A DNA stretch of 64,000 nt from assembly GCA_014376785.1 (NCBI GenBank), contig JACMQW010000082.1:3499-67498 (forward strand), read 5' to 3'. The notes below the pieces were generated by a model that was given only the letters and a program-made list of their open reading frames with translations, was not told the origin of the DNA and did not search any database. Below, piece after piece: positions 10,489-19,794 of the stretch. The position numbers were made by a program, and so were the translations under genes. This DNA is from Oligoflexia bacterium. GTDB taxonomy: Bacteria; Bdellovibrionota; UBA1018. Every line of letters starts with the position of its first letter. Position 1 is the first letter of the stretch.

Positions 10489-12231
10489 ATGTCTGGAAGT
10501 CTTGCGGAATCGTTAGTGAGCCTATTGTCTGAGATGAAAACGCTGCTGGAATTGAACGGAGAGAATCCGTTTAAAATTCGCGCATTCGCAAAGGCAGCCG
10601 ACGCAATCGTTGCGGCCGGGGACGCTGAAGATTGGCAACTTCGAGCGGAGGAAGGGCGGTTGACGGAAATTCCCGGAATCGGAAAAGGAATCTCCCAAGT
10701 TCTAGTCGATTTTATGATCGGGAAGCAGACGGATGCTCGTGACGAGCTGGAGCGAAGTCTACCCTTAGGTTTGACTGAGTTGGTTAAAGTTCCGGGCCTC
10801 GGATCTAAAAAAGCGATCCAGGTGATCGAGGAACTCGACATTCACTCTCTAGCTGAACTCGAATATGCGTGCATAGAAAACCGGCTTTTAAAGTTGAAGG
10901 GCTTTGGCGTGAAGGCCCAAGACCGAATTTTGGAAGGCGTGCGATTCCTGCTCCAAACTTCCGGTCACTTGAAATTATCCGACGCCCTTTCACTTTCGGA
11001 ATCCTTAATCGCTGTGCTTCGGCTTCTTGCGGAAGATGTGATGAGCAAGGAAAAATCGGGGGGGCCGGGCGCCCTTCCGCGGGTATCGGAAACGGGGGCG
11101 CTTCGGAGGCGTCTGGAAACGCTCTCTGAGCTCGACTACTTGGTCGAGATCCCGGAGAAAGCAGAACCTCACGAATTTGAATCCCATTTCCGCAGTCGTT
11201 GGAGCGAAGAATTAGGGAAGCTGAATGAAAAAACAGCAGAAAAAATACCACTGCCAGTCCGACTCTCTTTCGCGCGAGAATCGCGGTTTGGAACTCTTCT
11301 AGCCCAGTCGACAGCGACCCAGGAATCTTGGGCCGCGCTTGAAAAACTCGCCTTTAAGAAAGACAGCTCCGAACCTCAGCCATCCCAGATCGTTGCATCT
11401 ACGGAAGAATTGTTTTTTGAAAAACTTTCGCTTCCTTGGATTTCACCCGAGATGCGGGAGACCGGCGAAGAAGTGGGGATTGCAAAAGCCGGTAAGCTGG
11501 GTTCGATCTTAGGATGGAACGATCTCCAGGGTTGTTTTCATAATCACACCACTCGCTCCGATGGGGTTGCGACGTTAGAAGAGATGGTTCTCGCGGCGAA
11601 AGCCCGCGGAATGAAGTACATCGGGATTTCCGACCATTCTAAGTCCGCGTTCTATGCTCAGGGACTTTTAGAGGATGCGCTCACGGCGCAACAAAACGAG
11701 ATTCGTGTCCTTCAGGATAAGCATCCCGAGATCAAAATTTTCTTTGGAATCGAAAGCGACATTCTTGCGGATGGGTCTCTGGACTATGAGGATGCGGTCC
11801 TGAAAAAGTTTGATTTCGTCATCGCGTCTGTTCATTCGCGTTTTCAGATGGACCGAACCACCATGACGGAACGGATCCTCCAAGCGGTCAGGAACCCGCG
11901 CACTACGATGCTCGGTCATCTGACGGGTCGGATTTTACTGGGCAGAAAAGGATATGATTTAGAAATCGAACGAATCATTCGGGAATGTGGCAGTCGCGGC
12001 GTCGGAATTGAAATTAACGGAAACCCGGCAAGGTTGGATATCGATTGGAGATGGGGACCGGAACTGCGGCGGGAGAATGTGATGGTGTCGGTTAACCCGG
12101 ATGCGCACGATACGTCGGGGTTGGACGATATAAAATACGGCGTTTGTGTGGCAAGGAAAGCCCTTCTTCCTCGCGAGCAAGTTCTCAACACTCGGAATAC
12201 GACGGATGTGGAAAAATGGTTAGCCCGCTGA
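10489..12231 (+). CDS. polX: DNA polymerase X / PHP 3'-5' exonuclease
   Basis: ENPFKIRAF, HhH repeats (IPGIGK, VPGLG), PHP motifs HNHTTRSDG, SDHS, NPDAH; start moved to ATG 10489. Confidence 0.9.
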   Translation: MSGSLAESLVSLLSEMKTLLELNGENPFKIRAFAKAADAIVAAGDAEDWQLRAEEGRLTEIPGIGKGISQVLVDFMIGKQTDARDELERSLPLGLTELVKVPGLGSKKAIQVIEELDIHSLAELEYACIENRLLKLKGFGVKAQDRILEGVRFLLQTSGHLKLSDALSLSESLIAVLRLLAEDVMSKEKSGGPGALPRVSETGALRRRLETLSELDYLVEIPEKAEPHEFESHFRSRWSEELGKLNEKTAEKIPLPVRLSFARESRFGTLLAQSTATQESWAALEKLAFKKDSSEPQPSQIVASTEELFFEKLSLPWISPEMRETGEEVGIAKAGKLGSILGWNDLQGCFHNHTTRSDGVATLEEMVLAAKARGMKYIGISDHSKSAFYAQGLLEDALTAQQNEIRVLQDKHPEIKIFFGIESDILADGSLDYEDAVLKKFDFVIASVHSRFQMDRTTMTERILQAVRNPRTTMLGHLTGRILLGRKGYDLEIERIIRECGSRGVGIEINGNPARLDIDWRWGPELRRENVMVSVNPDAHDTSGLDDIKYGVCVARKALLPREQVLNTRNTTDVEKWLAR

Positions 12232-12980
12232 AAAGCGCCGCGGCACAGTTGCTTCGGATACAGTCGTTTCGAATGGCTGAGGTGATTCGGATCCTGAAAG
12301 GGGATTATCCGGAAGCGCATTGCTACCTGGATTTCGCATCGCCTTTTCAGTTGTTAGTGGCCACTATTTTATCCGCCCAATGCACGGATGAGCGCGTGAA
12401 CCTAACCACCCCGGCACTTTTCGCGCAGTTCCCCGATGCGCGCACCATGAAGGATGCATCCAAAGGAGAAATCGAAAAGCTCATCCAATCGACAGGGTTT
12501 TATAAAAACAAAGCTCGAGCGATTCACGAAACTTCGCAGGTGCTCTTCGAGAAATATAGGGGCGAAGTGCCGCGCGATCTCGACGCGTTGGTTGCTCTGC
12601 GCGGAGTGGGTCGCAAAACGGCGAATGTGATTTTAGGCAATGCCTATGGAATTCCGGGATTCGTCGTCGATACGCATGTGGGCCGCATTACTCGGAGGCT
12701 AGGATTCACCAAGGCGAAAGATCCGGTGAAGGTCGAATATGAAGTTCGGAGGTTTGTGCCGGAGTCGGATTGGGTGCAGTTTTCACTTTGGCTGATTGCT
12801 CACGGGCGGACGGTGTGTACGGCTCGCGTTGCTCGGTGTGAGGAGTGTGCACTGTCGAAACTTTGTCCGAAAGTGGGGATTTCGGCCCACGAGAGCAAGT
12901 CGGTCAGTGATCATGCAATCAGTGATAAAGGAATTGGACGAGCCCGAAGCTCAGTGCGCAAACGGCGAGTCCTGAAATAA
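12216..12980 (+). CDS. nth: endonuclease III
   Basis: LVATILSAQCTD, GVGRKTANV, VDTHV, C-x6-C-x2-C-x5-C Fe-S motif; alternative start 12273. Confidence 0.95.
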   Translation: MVSPLKSAAAQLLRIQSFRMAEVIRILKGDYPEAHCYLDFASPFQLLVATILSAQCTDERVNLTTPALFAQFPDARTMKDASKGEIEKLIQSTGFYKNKARAIHETSQVLFEKYRGEVPRDLDALVALRGVGRKTANVILGNAYGIPGFVVDTHVGRITRRLGFTKAKDPVKVEYEVRRFVPESDWVQFSLWLIAHGRTVCTARVARCEECALSKLCPKVGISAHESKSVSDHAISDKGIGRARSSVRKRRVLK

Positions 12981-13002
12981 TTCCGTAGTTTAAGTAACGC
13001 AT
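12919..13002 (-). CDS. putative 27-aa single-TM peptide
   Basis: GAGGAG-aaaa(a)-ATG; MRYLNYGIISGLAVCALSFGLVQFLYH; downstream of a near-consensus promoter. Confidence 0.5.
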   Translation of the reverse strand: MRYLNYGIISGLAVCALSFGLVQFLYH

Positions 13003-13028
13003 TTTTTCTCCTCGTGAATTGATGGAAG

Positions 13029-13190
13029 TCAGTGCATGCAAGCCATCGTCGCCAGAAGCAGACCCAGTAATGAGCCAGTTAGGGTGATGCTGAAGAAGCA
13101 CGGACTTGAACGGCCAGGATGTGCCATCCATTCCGTTTTGATAGGAACTGCAGATTTCGGACCGAGGGATTTGGAATCTCTATGGGCCAT
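13029..13190 (-). CDS. putative 53-aa peptide with C-terminal TM segment (may instead be a 5' UTR)
   Basis: ATG a few nt after the predicted TSS; ends FFSITLTGSLLGLLLATMACMH. Confidence 0.3.
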   Translation of the reverse strand: MAHRDSKSLGPKSAVPIKTEWMAHPGRSSPCFFSITLTGSLLGLLLATMACMH

Positions 13191-13200
13191 AGTAGGACGC

Positions 13201-13229
13201 AAGCTAGAGGTAATGTCGCTATGTGTCAA
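13201..13229 (-). promoter_or_regulatory. sigma70-type promoter
   Basis: TTGACA-N17-TAGCTT on the minus strand. Confidence 0.7.
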
Positions 13230-13468
13230 TACTCAAATTCTTTGTTTTCTCCCTCAAATTGAATAGTAACCCTTTCACCGTTTTCCATTGCTCGTTGCGA
13301 CCGAAAAAATGTCCTCTACTCCGCAGAAGGCGTTTGGTCAAAAGAGCCGCTCGACGATGACTTTCCTAAACAAGCGATCCTCATTGGTAATTGAAGCCAG
13401 GTTCCTGATAACTCTCGGGCAGCCTCTGGTAAAAGACGCCCAAAGTCGCTTGGACCCGCTTAAACGGA

Positions 13469-13492
13469 GGGTAAAGGGTAAAGGGTAGAGGG
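13469..13492 (+). repeat. 7-bp tandem repeat / G-quadruplex motif
   Basis: GGGTAAA GGGTAAA GGGTAGA GGG. Confidence 0.75.
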
Positions 13493-13560
13493 ATTCGCAT
13501 CGATTTGCGCTCATCTTTGAGCGCTTGGGTTATTTCGTCGGTTAGGATAACTAGTTCCGT

Positions 13561-13818
13561 ATGAGCCCAGATCAAGTAAAAGCGCGCATCCAGGAAAAAC
13601 TGGGCGCAGGGACCGAAGCGGAAATCATCGACCTGACCGGAACGATGGACCATTACCAGGCGATCGTGATTTCTCCCTCTTTCGATGGGAAGATCATGAT
13701 CGAACAGCACCGGATGGTGATGGGTACCCTTCAGCCGGAGATAGACTCCGGTGAAGTGCATGCCCTCACGATGCGGACCTTCAGCCCGACCCAATACAAA
13801 AAATACATCGGAGGTTAA
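13561..13818 (+). CDS. bolA: BolA/IbaG family protein
   Basis: DHYQAIVISPSFDGK..IEQHRMV..VHAL; adjacent to monothiol glutaredoxin. Confidence 0.92.
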   Translation: MSPDQVKARIQEKLGAGTEAEIIDLTGTMDHYQAIVISPSFDGKIMIEQHRMVMGTLQPEIDSGEVHALTMRTFSPTQYKKYIGG

Positions 13819-13823
13819 TCACC

Positions 13824-14135
13824 ATGGCCCATCCCCTCGTTTCTAAAGTCGAAGAAAAAGTGAAGTCCAGTCCTGTCGTTATTTTCATGAAGGGCACTCC
13901 TCAGTTTCCTCAGTGCGGTTTCTCTTCCCGGACCGTTCAAGTCCTGAAAGCTGCAGGAGCTGAAGGAATTGTCGGAGTGGACGTCCTCGCGGATGACCCT
14001 CTTTGGGAAGCGCTTGAAGATTTCACGAAGTGGCCAACCGTTCCGCAAGTTTTCATCAACGGCACCTTTGTTGGTGGATGTGACATCGTAACTGAGATGT
14101 ACGAGCGCGGCGAACTTCAGGAAATGCTGAAGTAA
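13824..14135 (+). CDS. grxD: monothiol glutaredoxin (Grx4)
   Basis: MKGTPQFPQCGFS, WPTVPQ, GGCDI. Confidence 0.96.
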   Translation: MAHPLVSKVEEKVKSSPVVIFMKGTPQFPQCGFSSRTVQVLKAAGAEGIVGVDVLADDPLWEALEDFTKWPTVPQVFINGTFVGGCDIVTEMYERGELQEMLK

Positions 14136-14161
14136 ACCTCCGTCTTCCCTTTGAAATTTAG

Positions 14162-14194
14162 AACGCCGAGCGATTCGTTTCGCCCGGCGTTTTC
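14162..14194. terminator. terminator hairpin between convergent grxD and ppx
   Basis: AACGCCGagCGA-loop-TCGccCGGCGTT followed by T residues. Confidence 0.65.
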
Positions 14195-14210
14195 TATTCT
14201 GAGAGTAAAT

Positions 14211-15767
14211 TCAGGATTGATTCTGGGCGACGACTTTTAAATCGCGCTGGAAAATTTCCTCAAACAGCGCCTTCTTTTGCTCCACGCGAAGAAGCTCTAA
14301 ATCTCCGCTGCCGCGTTTTGCGCGGACGCGGATTTCTACTTTAGACGCCGAAACATGCACGCTCTGGATCGAGACTTGCGCACGGTGGTTTCGGTCGAGC
14401 GCATCTGCCACTCGGAGGAGGGCGAGCAATTTTAAAAATGCCGCTTTTCTCTCTTTTTCTTTTTGGTTTTTGGTTGAGCTTTTACCCGCGTTCTTCGTGA
14501 AAACGCCATCGATGATCGGCTTTCCGACTCGGTGGTAGAGGCAGAGGTGGGCGATGAATTCTGATTCCCACTTTTCGAGGGGGGCGAAGTCCGCGTATTT
14601 CGCGAAATAATAGGAATGGGCATCGTGATCAGTCGGAGTGACCACTTCCCCCACGTCATGGAAGTAGGCGGCCGCAATGAGGTAAGGTTTCCATGCCTCG
14701 GGTAATCGATGAACACTTTTCAGACGATCAAAGAGGAGACCTGCGAAGTGGACCACGGTGTCCGTGTGGAGCATCTCGGGATGCACTTTTGCGACTTGAA
14801 CTCTCGCCGCAGTGAGATGCTGAGCGAGGGGAGACCGGACGTGTGATTGGATCGCTTCTTTTTGTTCGACCAGGACGCCGTCGCGAAGCGAGTACTCGGT
14901 GGTGAGGATTTTTTTAGCACCCGTTGCGTTCATGCACTCTTCGAGGAGAATGCCCCCGGCTAGGATCATGTCGACGCGTTTCGACTCCATTCCCGGAAGT
15001 CCGAGCAAGTCCGTCGTCGTCATAGACTGCATTTCGCGAACGAGTTTTTTCAAATCTTCTCGAGCGATTGTTTTTGAAGGTTTGCCCTTCTTAATGAGTT
15101 TCGCAAGCGCCCTCGCGGTGCCTGAGGAAGCCAGCAGGGTTGTCACTTTCGGCCAACGGTCGGCCAGGATTTTCGTGAAAAGAGCACTGCGGATGTAGCT
15201 CCGGAGGTGGGCTACCGGATCCTCGTCGGTTTTCAGAAGGGGTTTCGGGGGGGAAGACCTGAGAAAGACTTGTTGAAGCCTTGCAGTGCCCAAAGAGAAA
15301 CTATGGGCGTGGAGAATCGTTTGGCCGCGACAGAGTGAAATCTCGGTGCTGCCGCCGCCAATGTCGATCAAACCGAAGCGTTCTTTGGGGAGCTTCTCGT
15401 TCCGAAGAATTCCGAGAGCGATCAATTTCGCTTCTTCAGTTCCGGAAATGACCCTTACTTCGATCCCCGTTTTCAGGCTAATCGACTTCAGTAGTCGATT
15501 CCCATCGGAAGCCTCGCGCAGTGCAGCAGTGCCAAAGGCAATAACGCGATCGACTCGGAAGTCTTCTGCGGTTTTCTTGAAGCTCACGAAAGCGTGCAGT
15601 GTTCTGCGGACGGCTTCCGAGTTCAGCTTGCCTTCCGTGAATACACCCTGGCCTAGCCTGACCATCAGCTTTTCGCGATGGAGGAGTTTAGACTGCTTCT
15701 GTGTACCGACCTGATGAACGTCGAATCGGACCGAGTTCGTTCCGAGATCGATGATGGCGATCCGCAT
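14211..15767 (-). CDS. ppx: Ppx/GppA exopolyphosphatase with HD domain
   Basis: IDLGTNS, TAALREA, DIGGGSTE, LRDG, HDVG. Confidence 0.93.
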   Translation of the reverse strand: MRIAIIDLGTNSVRFDVHQVGTQKQSKLLHREKLMVRLGQGVFTEGKLNSEAVRRTLHAFVSFKKTAEDFRVDRVIAFGTAALREASDGNRLLKSISLKTGIEVRVISGTEEAKLIALGILRNEKLPKERFGLIDIGGGSTEISLCRGQTILHAHSFSLGTARLQQVFLRSSPPKPLLKTDEDPVAHLRSYIRSALFTKILADRWPKVTTLLASSGTARALAKLIKKGKPSKTIAREDLKKLVREMQSMTTTDLLGLPGMESKRVDMILAGGILLEECMNATGAKKILTTEYSLRDGVLVEQKEAIQSHVRSPLAQHLTAARVQVAKVHPEMLHTDTVVHFAGLLFDRLKSVHRLPEAWKPYLIAAAYFHDVGEVVTPTDHDAHSYYFAKYADFAPLEKWESEFIAHLCLYHRVGKPIIDGVFTKNAGKSSTKNQKEKERKAAFLKLLALLRVADALDRNHRAQVSIQSVHVSASKVEIRVRAKRGSGDLELLRVEQKKALFEEIFQRDLKVVAQNQS

Positions 15768-15787
15768 GGATTATGCGCGAAAGCGCA

Positions 15788-15937
15788 TTAGTTCATTGGG
15801 TTTGCTTTTTTCTTCAGCGCTTTTAAGCTGCGTCCAGTGGCGATCTTGTGATCCCAGCGCTGCTTGTCGGATTCGGAGTAGGCGCGATCGGAATCGCGGC
15901 GTGCTTTTCTGTGTTTCGTCGAAAGTCTTTTTCCCAT
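15788..15937 (-). CDS. putative 49-aa basic small protein
   Basis: MGKRLSTKHRKARRDSDRAYSESDKQRWDHKIATGRSLKALKKKANPMN; TTGAAC-N17-TACACC lies 7 nt upstream of ATG; ends 20 nt before ppx. Confidence 0.55.
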   Translation of the reverse strand: MGKRLSTKHRKARRDSDRAYSESDKQRWDHKIATGRSLKALKKKANPMN

Positions 15938-16085
15938 AGGTGAGGGTGTACAGAACCCCGAGGCTCGGTTCAACTCTCTTTTTCGCCAATCTTGTGACGC
16001 TAGTGTCCAACTTTTTCGCCCATTTATCTAAAAACCAAAACTGCCTCTTGTTCCCCCGTCGCCCGCCGCCCAAACTAGAACTTGC

Positions 16086-17879
16086 ATGCAGAAGCCCCCT
16101 AAAAATTGTCGAAAATTTCATTGGTCACGAGTCTCCCGATCGATTGCCCTCGTCGGTCTCCTGATTACTCGAGCTCCTACATTAGCGGATGACTCCGCCC
16201 CGATGGCGGGATCGCCTCCCCAAGTGACCCTTCGCGAAGCGATCGAAGGGAATATGCTGGGCATTCAGCGAGAGCCTGAAGAAATGCGCGTCCGCACCCG
16301 AAATTCAGCCCGGAAATACGTTTCCTGGAAAAGGGGAGTGCTCACCACCGTTGAATTCGATGCGTGGAAGAAAGAATGCGAGTCCAAACCTGAAAGCGAT
16401 GATTTTTGTCCGCTTCTTCTGGGCAAGGACCCGAATGATTTCGTCGAATCCGAGGACGAAGTAAAGGAAGAGCCCGGCACCGAAGTTCCTCTGACAACAA
16501 CCGCGAAGGAGATGGTCGCGGCTTGGAAGTCAGCCAATTTCTCCGCGCTTAAAAAGGCAACTCCGAGCATCGTTTATCGATCTCTTCGGGGATTTAAAGA
16601 ATGGGAGCCCCTCGATTCGGTCGCAAAAAAACTCATCAGTGAAAGCAAGAGCTCGAACTGCGAAAATCCGGCCATGGCCACGGCGCTTGCCCAAAAAGCG
16701 GAAATGTTTCTTCCGGAGAAAAAATACCGTGAAATCGCCTTCAAACTCTACGAACGCGTCGTCGAATGTTCCACCACGGAGCATTCCTCCCGGGCTCGCT
16801 TCCGATACTCGCTTCTGAAAATCGAAGACGGCGATTGCAAAACAGCCGATCCATTACTAGAGAAGCTTTATCAGGAGAATAACCTCGAATACATCGGTCG
16901 TTCGCTTTATTGGCGTGCACGCTGCGCGGAAATGCGAGGAGACCGATTGCGGGCTGCCCTCTACAAGCAACGGCTCTTGAAAGAGAGCCCTCTCAGTTAC
17001 CATTCGATTATTTTGAACCGAGTCGAAGTTGCGAAACTTTCTCGGATGGTCGGAACGCTCGAGCCCACCATTATTTTTAGGTCCCACCTGCAACCGAAAT
17101 TGAATCAGTGGGTTCGCGCGATCGAAGGCCTCGTTGCGGTAAATGCCGACGAAATCGCTCGTCGGGTCATTTTTAAAACAGTGGAAGTGCTTCAGAAGAC
17201 CGAGCCTGAGCTACGCTTATACGTCGGTTCTCTTTCTTACCGGGTGGGTGATCCGATCTCCCAGTTCCGGCTGCTAACGACGGTTTTTCGGGATGAGCCT
17301 CGGTTTATTTCCCAGACTACTTTGAAGCTTTTCTATCCGATGAAAAATTTCCCAATCATTCGAAAGTACGCGACCGACACCGATCCGTATTTTGTTGCGG
17401 CGTTGATTCGTCAGGAGTCAGGTTTTAATCCGTGGGCCCGCTCGCGCGTCGGCGCGATGGGACTGATGCAACTGATGCCGGGAACTGCTCGTCAAATGGA
17501 ACGCGGAGTTTCGAAGAGGTCCCTGCTTCTTCCAGAACCGAACATTCGCCTAGGCACTCGCTACATTGCGAAATTGGTGAACCGTTATAATCGCGATGCG
17601 GAGCTTGCCCTCGCAGCTTACAATGCGGGCGCAGACCGGGTGGATGATTGGATTGCTCGGTATCCAACCACAGACCGGATGCTGTTTTTAGACCTCATTC
17701 CCTATAAGGAAACTCGCGATTACGTTGCACTGATCGGGCGGAACTATTATTGGTACCATACGCTCTACGGTGATTCCCCGGCGACGCCCATGCACACGGG
17801 AGCTAAAGGGTTAGGACGTTCGCTTGCGTCGGGCGATGAATTGGCGCGCAAACCTCTGTTTTTCACGCTTTACCGTTAA
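16086..17879 (+). CDS. Slt70-like lytic transglycosylase with helical/TPR-like region
   Basis: IRQESGF, GAMGLMQLMP, AAYNAG, ETRDYV; N-terminal signal-like segment. Confidence 0.9.
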   Translation: MQKPPKNCRKFHWSRVSRSIALVGLLITRAPTLADDSAPMAGSPPQVTLREAIEGNMLGIQREPEEMRVRTRNSARKYVSWKRGVLTTVEFDAWKKECESKPESDDFCPLLLGKDPNDFVESEDEVKEEPGTEVPLTTTAKEMVAAWKSANFSALKKATPSIVYRSLRGFKEWEPLDSVAKKLISESKSSNCENPAMATALAQKAEMFLPEKKYREIAFKLYERVVECSTTEHSSRARFRYSLLKIEDGDCKTADPLLEKLYQENNLEYIGRSLYWRARCAEMRGDRLRAALYKQRLLKESPLSYHSIILNRVEVAKLSRMVGTLEPTIIFRSHLQPKLNQWVRAIEGLVAVNADEIARRVIFKTVEVLQKTEPELRLYVGSLSYRVGDPISQFRLLTTVFRDEPRFISQTTLKLFYPMKNFPIIRKYATDTDPYFVAALIRQESGFNPWARSRVGAMGLMQLMPGTARQMERGVSKRSLLLPEPNIRLGTRYIAKLVNRYNRDAELALAAYNAGADRVDDWIARYPTTDRMLFLDLIPYKETRDYVALIGRNYYWYHTLYGDSPATPMHTGAKGLGRSLASGDELARKPLFFTLYR

Positions 17880-17947
17880 TAAGAATTTCTGAAGATTTTG
17901 TTGAAGAGACTCAGAACGTAGTCCCACCGCTGACTTAGGAGATTTTC

Positions 17948-19723
17948 ATGTCGTCGACCGTTCTTCATCGACTTTCGGATTGGGCGAAAGCCACGCCCAC
18001 TGCACCCGCTCAGCGGTATAAAAAAGATCAACAGTGGAAGACGCTCACCGCCCGCGATTATTGCGACCGCGTGTTCCACCTCGCTCTTTATCTAGAATCG
18101 TGTGGAGTGAAGCCGGGAGATATCGGCGCCATCCTTTCCTACAATTGTAAGGAATGGGTTCACATGGAACTTGCGACGCTGCTCATCCGCGGCCAGAGCG
18201 CAGGGCTTTATCCAAATTCGACGAATAAGGACATTCTCTACATTCTGAATCACACCGAGGCCTCTTTCTTAGCGGTTCAAAATAAAACATACTTCGACAA
18301 GATCGCATCCGAGGGGAAAGGTCTCCCGGCTAACATCCGTTTCATCATCGTTTTTGATGGAGACACGAGCTTCAGTCCGAAAGCGATTTCCTATCGCAAG
18401 GCGATCGAAGAGGGCGCGAAGCTGGCCCAAGGGCGAAAGATAGAAGACTACCTGGCGAAGCTCGATCCTTTCGCGGGCGCTTTTCTCATCTACACCTCCG
18501 GCACGACGGGGAATCCAAAGGGTGCGATTCTTTCCCACGATAATCTCACATTCACCTGCGATCAGATTGCGAAACGCTGGAAGCTTCCCTTTGGCGGAAG
18601 TTCGCTTTTTTCTTTTCTTCCGCTCTGCCACATCGCGGAGAAACTCCATTCGATTAGCGTGGGCATCGGTCAGCGTTACTTGGTGAATTACTGTTCGAAG
18701 TTCGAGAACGTGATGGTCGAATTGGCGGAAGCGGAACCGAACCTGCTCCTTTGTGTCCCGCGTGTTTGGGAGAAGATGGTCGAAGGTGTGGTTTCGAAAG
18801 TAGACAAAGGGAAAGGCGCAAAGAAGCAACTCGCTCTTTGGGCGCTGGGACTCGGAAAGAAAGTGAACAATGCGCGGCTGAATCACTTGCCGGTGAGCGT
18901 GGTCGAAAATCTCACCTATCCACTCGCAAAAAAGCTCGTCTTAGCGAAAGTTCGAAAAGCTCTCGGTTTAGGGAAGGCCCATCTGATTGCTTCCGGTGCC
19001 GCGCCTCTGCCGGCTCACGTATCGAAGTGGTTCCGCGGAATCGGGCTCGAGATATTCGAGTGTTATGGCCTAACGGAAACCACCGGAATGGTTTCGATTA
19101 CCCTTCCTGGGGTTGACTGTGCGGGAACGGTCGGAAAGCCGCTTGAAGGTACGGAATTCAAGCTCGGCGAGGACGGGGAAATCATGACCAAAGGGCGGCA
19201 TGTTTTCTTAGGTTATCGAAACGATGAAAAAAATACGAAAGAAGCGCTCGAAGACGGGTGGCTTCACACGGGTGATCTCGGGGAGTGGACGAGCGCCGGA
19301 CTCCTTCGCATCGTCGGCAGGAAGAAAGACATCATGAAGACGTCGGGAGGGAAAATGATCGCTCCCGCTCCGATCGAAGATAAGCTCCGCGAATCGAACG
19401 TGATTTCGCAGGTTTGTCTCGTCGGAGATAACCGCAAATACGTCTCTGCAATTTTAACGTTATCTGAGTCGGCATTGCTGGATCTCCGGGCAACGCCGGG
19501 TGCGATGGTCGATGGGGTAGTGGTCGATGAGGCCATGCTTGCGCAGGTCCAATCTCAGTTTGATCTCGTGAATAAGGGGCTAGCAAGCTTCGAGCAAGTG
19601 AAGCGTTTCAAAGTCATTGATCGTGAATTTTCGATCGAAGATGGAGAGATGACCCCGACGATGAAGATGAAGCGCAATGTGATTGAGCAACGCTTTCGCC
19701 CGCTGATTGATCAGATGTATTGA
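17948..19723 (+). CDS. long-chain fatty acid-CoA ligase
   Basis: YTSGTTGNPKG, YGLTET, GWLHTGDLG, GRKKD, TPTMK. Confidence 0.92.
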   Translation: MSSTVLHRLSDWAKATPTAPAQRYKKDQQWKTLTARDYCDRVFHLALYLESCGVKPGDIGAILSYNCKEWVHMELATLLIRGQSAGLYPNSTNKDILYILNHTEASFLAVQNKTYFDKIASEGKGLPANIRFIIVFDGDTSFSPKAISYRKAIEEGAKLAQGRKIEDYLAKLDPFAGAFLIYTSGTTGNPKGAILSHDNLTFTCDQIAKRWKLPFGGSSLFSFLPLCHIAEKLHSISVGIGQRYLVNYCSKFENVMVELAEAEPNLLLCVPRVWEKMVEGVVSKVDKGKGAKKQLALWALGLGKKVNNARLNHLPVSVVENLTYPLAKKLVLAKVRKALGLGKAHLIASGAAPLPAHVSKWFRGIGLEIFECYGLTETTGMVSITLPGVDCAGTVGKPLEGTEFKLGEDGEIMTKGRHVFLGYRNDEKNTKEALEDGWLHTGDLGEWTSAGLLRIVGRKKDIMKTSGGKMIAPAPIEDKLRESNVISQVCLVGDNRKYVSAILTLSESALLDLRATPGAMVDGVVVDEAMLAQVQSQFDLVNKGLASFEQVKRFKVIDREFSIEDGEMTPTMKMKRNVIEQRFRPLIDQMY

Positions 19724-19794
19724 TCGATTGCACCGATTCATCGATCTGATCGATTTCATTGAATCACCCGTAAGATCGGATTCGCCTCGGGGGC

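Noticed and set aside
13288-13488. 66-aa ORF upstream of bolA
   Set aside because: TTG start, no SD, no motif, and it ends within the G-rich repeat
15771-16121. 116-aa minus-strand ORF
   Set aside because: Spans the divergent promoter region; the 49-aa ORF in another frame has better promoter support
19700-19790. Cluster of GATC/ATCGAT words after the acyl-CoA ligase
   Set aside because: These words are common throughout the window and show no regular spacing
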